A stretch of 63,473 nt of DNA, filler included, from Octopus bimaculoides (taxonomy: Eukaryota): assembly GCF_001194135.2 (NCBI RefSeq). It is 5 parts of 5 records of this genome, joined end to end, with 100 filler letters (N's around TTAATTAATTAA, not from the genome) between each part and the next. Parts side by side here need not be neighbours in the genome. Positions count along the whole stretch, not along the records: positions 1 to 21,433 come from NC_068997.1; 4 more parts are not named here. One strand, 5' to 3'. The first letter of the stretch is position 1; every line of letters starts with the position of its first letter. The translations under genes were made by a program, and so were the position numbers. This document shows positions 1 through 11,912 of the stretch, in pieces. Under the pieces are notes generated by a model. The model was not told the origin of the DNA. It did not search any database and worked only from the letters and a program-made list of their open reading frames with translations.

Positions 1-327
1 ATATATATATATTTGTCCACATTGAGCTTCTTATAAGTAATACATATGGATATGTTTATGTTCTATACATATTTGCATATATATATAGCTATGCTTGGTC
101 AAAAATTCGCTAGTGAAGTTTACTTTGCCCCATCGCAACATAAATTCTATTAAACAGTCACACTCAGCAACGCATACAAACACCGCATATACATACGTAA
201 ATAAATACATACATGCATACATACATACATACGCACGCATATACATATATAGATACACACACGCATATATATGTATGTATGTATGTATGTGTGTATATAA
301 GAATATGTATGCGTATGNNNNNNNNNN

Positions 328-364
<37 letters not shown>

Positions 365-526
365 ATATGTATGCATGCATGTATGAATATATGTAAATAT
401 GCATGTGTGTATGTACGTATATTGTGTATGTATGTATATATATATATATGTATGTATATATATATATGTATGTGTGTATGTATGTATAGAGGGAGAGAGA
501 AGGGGAGAGGGAGAGAAAGAAAGACA

Positions 527-565
<39 letters not shown>

Positions 566-760
566 TGAGACGAAGGTATGCATATATGTACATATATGCG
601 TATAAGTATGTATATATTTATACGTACGTACATAAGCATCTACATATATATGTATCTGCGAATATCTATCTATATACATACATGTATATATAATACGTAT
701 ACTCTACGGATATTTGCGGATTTCCTCACACACACTCACACACACACGTGTGTATACATA
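1..760. repeat. Compound (TA)n/(TACA)n/(TG)n/(GA)n microsatellite block
   Basis: Directly visible simple repeats; the overlapping H/I/Y/T/C/V-rich ORFs are their translations. Confidence 0.95.
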
Positions 761-1046
761 TGAAGATGGCTATAGAAGGAGGATAAATATAGAGACTTTG
801 AATCTCACACTGAGAAATTGATGTATATAATGTTTATCTTGCCACCAGAATTAGACAGTGTGTCTCCCTGTCTTAGATTGGGATCAATAACGGAGTCTAG
901 GGGCTGCCCACTCGTCCCGCCTTCTCTTCAGTCATTAGCTTGTTTTTGTTTTTTTCCCCCTTTCTTTTTGTACGTTGTAGTTTGTGCCCTTCTTCTTTTT
1001 ATGATTTTATTTGATGTTCGGTTTGTTTTATTTTATTCTATGTATG

Positions 1047-1139
<93 letters not shown>

Positions 1140-1926
1140 TTATACACACAGAGGCATATGCATGTGTGTGTTAAGTACACACATATATATACATATATCT
1201 ATATATATGCATANNNNNNNNNNNNNNNNNNNNNNNNNNNNNNNNNNNNNNNNNNNNNNNNNNNNNNNNNNNNNNNNNNNNNNNNNNNNNNNNNNNNNNN
1301 NNNNNNNNNNNNNNNNNNNNNNNNNNNNNNNNNNNNNNNNNNNNNNNNNNNNNNNNNNNNNNNNNNNNNNNNNNNNNNNNNNNNNNNNNNNNNNNNNNNN
1401 NNNNNNNNNNNNNNNNNNNNNNNNNNNNNNNNNNNNNNNNNNNNNNNNNNNNNNNNNNNNNNNNNNNNNNNNNNNNNNNNNNNNNNNNNNNNNNNNNNNN
1501 NNNNNNNNNNNNNNNNNNNNNNNNNNNNNNNNNNNNNNNNNNNNNNNNNNNNNNNNNNNNNNNNNNNNNNNNNNNNNNNNNNNNNNNNNNNNNNNNNNNN
1601 NNNNNNNNNNNNNNNNNNNNNNNNNNNNNNNNNNNNNNNNNNNNNNNNNNNNNNNNNNNNNNNNNNNNNNNNNNNNNNNNNNNNNNNNNNNNNNNNNNNN
1701 NNNNNNNNNNNNNNNNNNNNNNNNNNNNNNNNNNNNNNNNNNNNNNNNNNNNNNNNNNNNNNNNNNNNNNNNNNNNNNNNNNNNNNNNNNNNNNNNNNNN
1801 NNNNNNNNNNNNNNNNNNNNNNNNNNNNNNNNNNNNNNNNNNNNNNNNNNNNNNNNNNNNNNNNNNNNNNNNNNNNNNNNNNNNNNNNNNNNNNNNNNNN
1901 NNNNNNNNNNNNNNNNNNNNNNNNNN

Positions 1927-1995
<69 letters not shown>

Positions 1996-2587
1996 TATGT
2001 GTAAAATTCGAATGTAAACGCTCAAAGAAAGATATGGGTGGATTTGGGATTTTGACTCCTATTTCCAAAGAGGTTGATGCTCTGTACGTCCTCAATCTTA
2101 GTGCTAATTTGTAATTTTAATCTATAGCTATATAATGAATGCTATTTAAAAACCTCGAACCACCTATATTATCATTATTATTATTATCAATTACTTATAT
2201 TCACCACAGATAATATTAACAATGATAATATCTTTCTTCGAGTGTCTACATTCGAATTTTGCTCAGAAATATATTTGCACCGAAGTAGGCTGATTTTGGT
2301 GCAAAACAAGTCAGAACGTTGATGGATGTTCACCGTGACGGATTTAGAACTTTTCAACGGTGATTCATGCTGATGAAGGTTGAGGCCCGCGGACCAGAAC
2401 CAGAATACCCACATGACAATCTTTAATACCCACATGACAATCTTTAATGCTATAAGAGAGTATTGTAGTTCGCTTGAAGCATTGTGTATTGTTTGTAAAG
2501 AATAAAAAGTTTAGAATGGTATAACAATGCACTATAGAACAAAAAAAATGGACTATATACCTGTTGTAACTTGGTTATCTATAGTCC

Positions 2588-2623
2588 GATGATATATCGG
2601 AATTACAATTCCTTCTTCAGATC
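2588..2623 (-). ncRNA. Mirror copy of the hammerhead motif with a core mutation (GAA to GAT)
   Basis: Reverse complement reads GATCTGAAGAAGGAATTGTAATTCCGATATATCATC. Confidence 0.45.
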
Positions 2624-2688
2624 TTATTTGCTGGAGTCTCTGCTATAAACTCTGCTATAAACTTTATAGCAGAGGCTCCAGCAAATAA

Positions 2689-2724
2689 GATCTGAAGAAG
2701 GAATTGTAATTCCGAAATATCATC
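2689..2724 (+). ncRNA. Minimal type-I hammerhead ribozyme motif (Penelope-associated type)
   Basis: GAT-CTGAAGA-A-GGAATT gt AATTCC-GAA-ATAT-C-ATC: intact CUGANGA and GAAA core, 6-bp stem II, palindromic stem III (AUAU), AUC cleavage triplet, 3-bp stem I. Confidence 0.6.
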
Positions 2725-3703
2725 GGACTATAGATAACCAAGTTACAACAGGTATATAGTCCATTTTTTTGTTCTATAGTGCATTGTTATACCATTCTAA
2801 ACTTATTATTCTTTAATGCTATGTTTTTAATTGTTTAATTCTTTAACCGTTCGCTCGCCTACTGTTACCTGTCATATTTCGGTGATTTCAGTGGTGGATT
2901 TGGGACTTTGACTCCTATTTCTATGACATATACCAGACGTAAAAGTACTGAGATCTCTTACGATCAACTAAAACCATTCAATGTCGTGTCCCAGCATGAA
3001 CCATGATCCAGTAAACTGAAACAAAATAAAAGAACTGACTGCGTCCACTTCAAAATCGGAAGACACCACATTAATTAACAGTCTGTCGCTTTGAACTCGG
3101 TAAACCCTATGTCATCTTCAAATCTACTCGAGTGATTTTTGGCGACCGAAGAATTTTGTCCCACTTAAATGGAAAATGAATAGGCTTATGAATGATGAGG
3201 TAAATGAGGTTGGGAAGTGATGGCTGAAAGGAAATGTAAAGAAGAAAAAAATGTTGTTGCTGTTGTTGTTGTTGTTGTTGTTGTTGTTACTGCTATGTTC
3301 TTTGTTGTTGTCGTTGTTGTTGTTGTTGTTTAGGCAATAACCGGTCAAGTTTGATTAAGCAGACGACCAATGTTGAAAAGCATTAGAATTAAAAACCACT
3401 TTTATTTTCTTTAAATATGTCTCTTTATTCAATATAGCGCATTACAAGTTGCGGACGCAGTGTGGCCGGGTGCTCAAGACGTTTGCTTCGCAACTACGAG
3501 GGCCCTTGTTCGCGTCAGCTCGGCGTCCCTGGCTCCCGCATTATTTTTGTTTTTCTTTTAGTTGTGGATGATATTTGTCAGAGTGAGAATCGTTGTCTTT
3601 TGTTTAGGAATGTCATTTATTTCGATGTCAGTCTGGTGCTAGGGATACGATGAAGAAGCAGTAAAATAACTGATAACAGTGAATCGTTTAATTGATCAAA
3701 ACG

Positions 3704-3771
<68 letters not shown>

Positions 3772-3831
3772 ATATATATACAGGCGTTGGAGTGGCTGTA
3801 TGGTAAGTAGCTTGCTTACCAACCACCTGGT

Positions 3832-4022
3832 CCCCGTAACTTAGCGGTTCGTCAATGAAGATCGATAAAATGTCCCCGTAACTTAGCGGTTCGTCAATCG
3901 AGATCGATAAAATGTCCCCGTAACTTAGCGGTTCGGCAATAAAGATCGATAAAACGTCCCGTAACTTAGCGGTTCGTCAATGGAGTTCGATAAAATGTCC
4001 CCCGTAACTTAGCGCTTCGGCA

Positions 4023-4024
<2 letters not shown>
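3832..4024 (+). repeat. ~42-bp minisatellite (about 4.6 units) derived from a SINE internal segment
   Basis: Units CCCCGTAACTTAGCGGTTCGTCAATGAAGATCGATAAAATGT resemble SINE family A CCCCGTAACTTAGCGGTTCGG...GACCGATAGAATAAGT; preceded by a SINE head at 3783-3831. Confidence 0.9.
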
Positions 4025-4053
<29 letters not shown>

Positions 4054-4161
4054 CATACATACATACATACATATGTATATATATATATATGTATATATGT
4101 GTATATACTTATACATACATAGAAACATATACATATATATATGTATATATATATATATATA

Positions 4162-4560
4162 GGCGCAGGAGTGGCTGTGTGTTAAGTAGCTTGCTTACCA
4201 ACCACATGGTTCCGGGTTCAGTCCCACTGCGTGGCACCTAGGGCAAGTGTCTTCTACTATGGCCTCAGGCCGACCAAAGCCTTGTGAGTGGATTTGGTAG
4301 ACGGAAACTGAAAGAAGCCCGTCGTATATATGTATATGCATATATATATTTGTGTGTCTGTGTTTGTCCCCCCAACATCGCTTGACAACCGATGCTAGTG
4401 TGTTTATGTCCCCGTCACTTGGCGGTTCGGCAAAAAGAGACCGATAGAATAAGTACTAGGCTTACAAAGAATAAGTCCTGGGGTCGATTTGCTCGACTAA
4501 AGGCGGTGCTCCAGAATGGCCACAGTCAAATGACTGAAACAAATAAAAGAGTAAAAGAGT
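4162..4560 (+). mobile_element. tRNA-derived SINE family A, full length (head, TA/TG core, tail ending TAAAAGAG repeats)
   Basis: GGCGCAGGAGTGGCTGTGTG...GGTTCAGTCCCACTGCGTGGCACC head with A/B-box-like motifs; many copies in the window. Probably one of the described octopus tRNA-derived SINE families (OK/OR types); exact name not assignable here. Confidence 0.9.
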
Positions 4561-5368
4561 ATATATATATATATATATATATATACATACATACACTCGT
4601 TCACATTTTACGTCGACATCGCACGATTTCACTCTGTGGCCGTTTCATGCCTTTCTCCGTATCCTTCCCTCCCTTCCGCTTAACTCCTTTGTTTTTCACT
4701 TGTTCCCTTCTTCTCTAATGAGTCTCTGCCATTGGGATAACACGCACATACAGCATTTCCACCCTAGGACGCCTTCACACACACTCACACACACACTCAC
4801 ACTCACACACACACACTCACACTCACACACACACTCACACTCACACACACACACAAAATAACCATCGTGAGATCATAACGCAAAGTTAGAAATGGTACGC
4901 ATACACCTCACACATAAACACAATAAGATCAGAATGCTCACACCGAGACACCCAAACGCTCACACGCGTCCGCATTCACGGACTTACACGCTCTATAATT
5001 ATACAAAGGGAGACGGATATCTGAAGTAATCAATGATCTGGACAGATTTAACCGATAAATGTGGCCAGGAAATAGAGACAGGATAATAATGGGACCAGAG
5101 ACAATATAGCCATTGGTATGGTTGGCGCAGAGCAGATCTGCAAAACGAGGACAACAAAAACAAGAGATTTTTTAATTAGATAACCATGTATGTTAATGTA
5201 TGAACGTACTACATACACATATGTATGTATATATANNNNNNNNNNNNNNNNNNNNNNNNNNNNNNNNNNNNNNNNNNNNNNNNNNNNNNNNNNNNNNNNN
5301 NNNNNNNNNNNNNNNNNNNNNNNNNNNNNNNNNNNNNNNNNNNNNNNNNNNNNNNATGTATGCTTGTG

Positions 5369-5750
5369 TGGAGGCGCAATGGCCCAGTGGTTATCGCAGC
5401 AGACTCGCGGTTTCGATTCCCAGACCGGGCGTTGTGAGTGTTTATTGAGCGAAAAGCACCTAAAAGATCCACGAGGCTCCGGCAGGGGATGGTGGCGAAC
5501 CCTTCTGTACTCTTTCACCACGACTTTCTCTCACTCTTACTTCCTGTTTCTGTTGTGCTTGTAATCCAATGGGTCAGCCTTGTCACACTGTGTCACGCTG
5601 AATATTCCCGAGAACTACTCTGCGGAGTGCTCAGCCACTTGCACGTTAATTTNNNNNNNNNNCTCTGCGGAGTGCTCAGCCACTTGCACGTTAATTTCAC
5701 GAGCAGGCTGTTCCGTTGATCGATCAACTGGAACCCTCGACGTCGTAAGT
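5369..5750 (+). mobile_element. tRNA-derived SINE family D
   Basis: A box TGGCCCAGTGG, B box GGTTTCGATTCC; 3' half similar to 18590-18905. Confidence 0.8.
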
Positions 5751-5970
5751 CAGTGAAAAGAGAGATACGTACCTCTCACAAACTACTTCATAATTCGCCT
5801 TAGCCAGGAATTTTGCACCAAAAGTGTACGACAAATATTCATAGAAATTATTTCTGGGGCTATGAGATATGCATATAATGGTGATATCAAACGCACGTCC
5901 CTCAGTATCATTTCGTAGCCTGGTTGAAGTTAATGTATGTTCAATATATGTATGTTCAATATATTACGTA

Positions 5971-6008
<38 letters not shown>

Positions 6009-6021
6009 CATACATACATAC

Positions 6022-6071
<50 letters not shown>

Positions 6072-6864
6072 ATACACTGTGTATTTATGGTTATCTTGTG
6101 TAGTCTCATTGCTGAACGAGAAATCTATATCTAAATGAATTGTCACAACAACCTTCTCCCCTAAGCCATAGCTACATGTACAATTACGAATGCAATTTTA
6201 GGTTACATAACTTTTCCTTTTAGTAATGGCTACCATGCTCTGATGCTATCAGCTCAGAGCTAAGCTCACTTGTTAGTTTATCTGCAAGTGTAATATAAAT
6301 TAAGAAATAGTAAATGGATCTTCGTCGGTTACGGTGATCAAGATTGGAATCTTCGTTCTACTGCAAGAAATTCCTGGTCATTGAATTAACGTGTAAATGA
6401 CCGTGTACCTTGCAGACAGGTATGTACTTGACTTAGTTTTCGGGCAGATCAAGGTGACCACAATGTGGCAAGGCTGTACTTTGCAATTTCATGTACAATC
6501 AATCAGACAGGTCTTCACACAATTTCTTTCTACCCGATTTCACCTAACAACATTTGAATCGATCCGAAGCTATAATAAAGCGCACTTACTCATAATGCTA
6601 TGCCATGAGATCAAACTCAATAAATTCTAATTGAGAAACAAGCTTCTTAACCATTCGGCAAAATGTCTAACATGAGTATATGGCATTGACAAACTGCATT
6701 AACGGCGAAATGCAAGTCTCTCTCACTCGCGTTCATAAATGGGACGATAACATTGCACTTTGTTTTTAGCTCAATACATCTATAAAGAGATTTTTCTTGG
6801 GTTAAAAAATGCAGCTTCTGACTTTTCGTCGATGCCCATATCATAAGGATGTTAAATGCATACA

Positions 6865-7428
6865 TGCGTGGCTGTATAGTAAAAAGTTTGTTTCCCAACC
6901 ACATGGCCCCGGGTTCAATTCCACTGCGTGACACATTAGGCAACTAGTCTCCTACTATAGCTCCAAACCGACCAAAGCCTTATGAGAGGATTTAGTTGAC
7001 GGAAACTGAAAGAAATCTGTGGTATATATTCTTTTACTTGTTTCAGTCATTTTGACTGTGGTCATGCTGGAGCACCGTCTTTTAATCGAAGGAAGCGACT
7101 CCTGGACTTATTCTTTGTGAGCCTGGTACTTATTCTATCGGCTCCTTTTGCTGAACTGCTATGTTACGTGGACGTAAATACACCAACATCGATTGTCGAG
7201 TGATGGTGTGTGTGTGAAGGGGGTTGACGAACACAGACACAATCACACAAATATACACATATATATACGACGTGCTTCTTTCAGTTTCTGTCTACCAGAT
7301 CCACTCACAAGGCTTTGGTCGACCCTAGGCTATAATAGAAGACACTTGCTCATGGTGCCATGCAGTGGAACTGAACTAGGAACCATATGGCGGGGAAGCA
7401 AGCTTCTTACCACACAGCCATGCCTGCA

Positions 7429-7464
<36 letters not shown>

Positions 7465-7680
7465 TGTGTTTGTGTGTGTGTTCGTCCCCCACCCTCAGTT
7501 GAGAACTAGTGAACGTTTGTGTGTGTCCTTCGTAAACTAGTGGTTCGGTGAAAAAGACCGATAGATTAAGTACCAAACTTTAAAAAACTACTGGGGTAGA
7601 TTCATTCGATTAAAAACCTTCCAAGGTGGTGCCCCAGCATGACCGCAGTTCAATGACTAAGAAAATTAAATGATAAAAGG
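6865..7680 (+). mobile_element. SINE family A copy split by a nested antisense copy
   Basis: Head at 6865-7028 and tail at 7462-7680, with a full antisense copy between them. Confidence 0.8.
7030..7430 (-). mobile_element. SINE family A, full length, nested
   Basis: Reverse complement of the 4162-4560 family, bordered by TA runs. Confidence 0.85.
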
Positions 7681-7870
7681 TACGTATTTTGCATAAAGAT
7701 TCGTACGTACACTCGCCTCCATACCCCCATATATATACCCACACATACTTCTATATATACATAATACATACGTACATACATGTGTTTATGTTGAAAAATG
7801 TTTTTCTCTCTCTCTTTGTCTGTCTGTCTGTCTGTCTGTCTCTCTATATCTATCTATCTGTGATAGTTTA

Positions 7871-7961
7871 TTCTTAAACAAGAATATTGTGGACAGTGAC
7901 TTCGAAGTTTCGGCTTGTTAAGCCATGACGAAATCACTGTGAACAATATTCTTGATTAAGA
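7871..7961. repeat. Short inverted repeat (~35-bp arms) enclosing a hammerhead-like remnant
   Basis: TTCTTAAACAAGAATATTGTGGACAGTGACTTCG versus CGAAATCACTGTGAACAATATTCTTGATTAAGAA. Confidence 0.8.
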
Positions 7962-7964
7962 ATA

Positions 7965-8231
7965 CAATAATTCCACGCGGGTGTTACGTTCCAAACACTA
8001 CCTCAATAGGTAACAATCCGCGAAGTAGAAACAGTACTGTATATTTTTAAAAATTATTTTTATAATTTGTATATATTTATTTTATTATAAATGCAAAACA
8101 GCAACACGGAAGAATCGACGTAAGCTTAAATAATAAACTGCGATAGGTGAACCGCGATAGGTGAACCGTGATAGGTGAACCGCGATAGGTGAACCGAGAT
8201 AGTCGAATCACAATATGGCGAGGGAATACTG
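7965..8231. mobile_element. Tigger/pogo-like (Tc1-mariner) MITE flanked by TA
   Basis: Right end GGCGAGGGAATACTG-TA; degenerate left end TA-CAATAATTCCACGC; homologous to 26143-26325; four tandem GCGATAGGTGAACC units at 8140-8195. Confidence 0.75.
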
Positions 8232-8353
8232 TAAACTTGTACTGTACAGAAGTATAGAGTAACCGCTCAGTTTAATGTAAAATTGCTTTTATTATAACTA
8301 AACATAGAAAGCAAACATTAAAAAATCTATCTACGTGTCAGTCACTGTGTTTT

Positions 8354-8396
<43 letters not shown>

Positions 8397-10153
8397 TGTG
8401 GAAGCAACACTACAAGCGAACAACAAAAAAAGGAAACAACACCAGTACCAAAGCATGAAAAAAGAAAAACCCCAAAATAACAAAGCAAAACAAAAACAAA
8501 AATAAAACATCACAATTTTTATTTATTTACTTGTTTAACAATTATTTATTTATTTGTTAATGCAACGATTTTTAAGAGAAGAAAATAAAGAGTCTGATGT
8601 ATTTGATTAATTAGCATGGTTAAAAAGCAAAAAGAAAGAAAAAATGGCGGTGTGTATCTTCAGTGACCCCGAACAGGTTTGCCTTTGCTAAATAACTGTT
8701 GATCGCTTCACTGATAGACAGACAACTAAACACTATCGACTCTTGTTCTTTTGTTATTTGTAAACTTTCAAAAGGGACCTCTTCACACATGTAACTGATA
8801 GCAGTTGTCTACCTTGATGACACCACGTTGTCTATCATCTCACTGGCTTGTTCCTTTGTTGAATGGTAGCTGCTCTGTTTGGGTGGTTGTTTGGGTGGTT
8901 CGTTGATTGTTAAGGTTGTTTGGCAATTGCTTTTGCATGTATTATTTATTTATTTGATTATTTTGTTAATTTATTGTTGTTGTTGTTGTTGTTGTTGTTT
9001 CACCCCAGGTTAGTCGTAAGAACGTGGATTAGTGGTTCGGATATACGGCTCACGATGGTCAAACCGTGAGTTCTATACTCAGCAGCGTGTTTTCTCCTTG
9101 AGTAAGACACTTTATTTCACGTTTTTCCAGTTAAGAAAAACAAAAACAAAAAAAACAACAAAACAAAACAAAAAAAACAAGTAATTAGATTAGCCTATCC
9201 TTGCATTTGACTCTATAGTCTTTATCGCTTATACACCTGAAACCTATTATCACATTCTGGTGTCTGTATTTGGGTATAACTTATTAAGCTTTGAACAAAT
9301 AACCATATGCTGTGTTTTGTAAAAGAGCATTAATTACAAATAATTGCATGTGTGTGTGTGTGTGTGTGTGTGAGTGTTTGTGTATACTTGTGTTTGAGTA
9401 TGTAAAAGAAAATGGCCGAAGAGCAGTGCTTTATTTGCTCCCTCCAAATGTACACCATTTTTAGATGCATCAGCATACCCTACATGTTCTTTCTCCTTTG
9501 AAGCCATCACTCACATATACCCCATATATACATATATGCACAAGGAAGAAAAATAACACGACACAAAAGAACCACTCATATACACACATTACTACTCTTC
9601 TACGCTCTCATACGCACACACCAAAACATATTCAAACATGTAACTCATCTTCAATTTACTCTCCATGTTCTGAACATCAAATCAGGACAACCAACAATTT
9701 CCGGTCAGTCAACGACTTCTATGTAAGATATCAACACATATAAACTGCCTCACCTGGATTGTTTTGTTTCTTTCTCATTTTTTATTCTTCGTCTTTTGTT
9801 TTCTTCTAATCTTCGCTTTAATTAAAAAGAAAAACTATATCCGAAGCGTCATAAATAAGACTGTCCACTTCTCAGAGCGTCAAACTAATAATTTTGATCA
9901 TTTTCTTTTTATTTAATATGCATACACACACACAGCACATACAACACACCCATATATATGTGTATAACATACATGTAACGTATATATGTGTGTTTATCTG
10001 TACACACATACACACACACACACGCATGTATGTAGTCATACGTGTGTGTACACATGTATGTGTACAAATATATTTGTTGGTATACATTCGTGTGTCAATG
10101 TATGTACGTATATGCTTGCCTTCCTCGCATAATGCATTCGTATGTGATATAAA

Positions 10154-10184
<31 letters not shown>

Positions 10185-10377
10185 AGTAGATATACACATG
10201 TGTGTAATATGTATGTATATGCACAGATACACGCACACACACACACACACGCATATGTACATACATACACATGAATATCCCATGAAGTTATTTTTAAATT
10301 GGAGCATATATCCTATTTTCTTCTTCTTCTTCTTCTTCTTCTTCTTCTTCTTCTTCTCCTTCCTTATCTTCCTTCCC

Positions 10378-10433
<56 letters not shown>

Positions 10434-11761
10434 AGTCCCATTCCTTCTCCGCCTCATTCTTCTTAGGTATTTTGGTGAACTTTTGTTTTCTCTGAAATTA
10501 TGCCACTCAGTCTTTGTGGTATTTCCTCTACAGCTATTCACATTAGCATAAAGTTCATACTTTGCTACACATGGGATATACATTATGTATATAACAGACA
10601 CAAATGCGATACACATTCACACCCACACACACAACACATAAAACATGTATGTAATATATACATATAAACATACACACATACATATATATATATATACATG
10701 TACACACACACATATTTATATATGTATATGCACACATATTTACGTACATTCTCTAACACATTCTGGTAGCCATTGATGCGTGGCTAGATTACGTTGAGAT
10801 GAACATATGTATAAATACGCGCACGCGCATCCAAACATACACATACATATTTACATGGATACACCCATTGATAAATATATGAAGAAAGTGCATGAACTTA
10901 CAAATATCAATTTATATACACATATATAAACATATATATACACACACCTTCATATCCCTAATACTGTGCTGTTTCTTTTTCTGCCTCATGTCAACCCTGA
11001 TCGTGAAACCTGTGTTCAAAGGTGTTTTCAGCTGTGACTCTCACGTCTTTGTTTTAGACCGTGTATATTTAAGATTTTCTTATACAATGCAACTTCCCAT
11101 TTGAAGACGGCACTGTGTGATTCTAAAGAAGATATGAAAGGGGCTCAGATTTAATACGCCTAAATATTACCTCCTTCCCTAATCCTTATTAGGTCAAATA
11201 CAGTCGAGTTCCATGACGATAAAGCGTACCGTGTTTACCTTAATTGACTTCAAACTTTCTCGTGAAGACTTTATGTTGTAGCGGTCTCAATAAACCGTTG
11301 ATTATATTTTTCGTTGTCAGAAAATATTCTGTATTCAATCGCAAGTATGACGTTGGGTGTTAGGCAGTTCGCTTCTCAGTCTCATAGTCCAAGCCTACTG
11401 AGTGAAACATTTCCTAAGTTTACAAACCACCCGCTGACGATTTATTATTAATCTAACCCTTGTAGCCGGTGCTTCAGTATGACCACATTCTAATGCCTGA
11501 AGCAAGTAAAGGATTATGTCAGGCTGACCTTGGAGAAAAAAGATAAAGTTAAAGAGAAGTGAAATTGTTTCAACCATAAATCAAATTGAAGGCATATAAT
11601 CTGTGTACTTATTGATTATTTCGTCTGTACTACTCTTAATCTACCCACGTACAAACCAGTCGTACATCCACACACACACATATAATATATATATATGTAC
11701 AATATATATTCACCATTCTGGACTGCTAAAATCTTTTTCATTCTCTGTTTATTTTCTCATT

Positions 11762-11799
11762 TCTTTCTGTTGAAGAGCGTAGGTCCGAAACGTAAAAGA
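11762..11799 (+). ncRNA. Degenerate minimal hammerhead ribozyme motif
   Basis: TCTTT-CTGTTGA-A-GAGCGTAGGTCC-GAA-ACGT-A-AAAGA: 5-bp stem I and palindromic ACGU stem III, but core A6 is U and stem II is mismatched. Confidence 0.5.
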
Positions 11800-11874
11800 C
11801 TCTTTCATTTTCCCGAGCATCGTCAAACTAATCGTCATTCACTTGTCATCGTCTTTTGTTTTTCTACAAATTTC

Positions 11875-11912
<38 letters not shown>

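Larger units (their letters stand above)
2496..2815. repeat. ~320 bp near-perfect fold-back palindrome
   Basis: Left arm TAAAGAATAAAAAGTTTAGAATGGTATAACAATGCAC... is the reverse complement of the right arm ...GTGCATTGTTATACCATTCTAAACTTATTATTCTTTA with few mismatches; apex CTATAAA-C-TTTATAG. Confidence 0.95.

Noticed and set aside
31-2114. Long ORFs rich in H/T/Y/I/C/V or X, here and throughout (11.7-14.8, 19.8-20.6, 39.9-40.3, 48.1-48.8, 51.4-55, 55.6-56.9, 61.5-62.7 kb)
   Set aside because: Translations of dinucleotide microsatellites and N gaps; no protein signal.
2366-2400. CTGATGAAGG...GGCC hammerhead-like start
   Set aside because: No GAAA half of the core follows.
3455-3545. tRNA-like segment
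   Set aside because: Does not fold into a cloverleaf; more probably an old SINE head.
3829-4024. CRISPR-like appearance of the 42-bp array
   Set aside because: Units are contiguous with no unique spacers, derive from a SINE, and the context is eukaryotic.
5619-5697. Exact direct repeats flanking 10-N gaps (also 33431-33560)
   Set aside because: Unmerged contig overlaps; assembly artefacts.
8641-8650. YY1-like motif AAAATGGCGG
   Set aside because: A single short motif with no associated exon or other promoter evidence.
11395-11577. Minus-strand ORF with a strong-looking acceptor at 11529 (GQPDIILYLLQALECGH...)
   Set aside because: The sequence CTTTACTTGCTTCAGGCATTAGAATGTGGTCATACTGAAGCACCG is a decayed SINE A tail; no PDZ continuation and no good donor.
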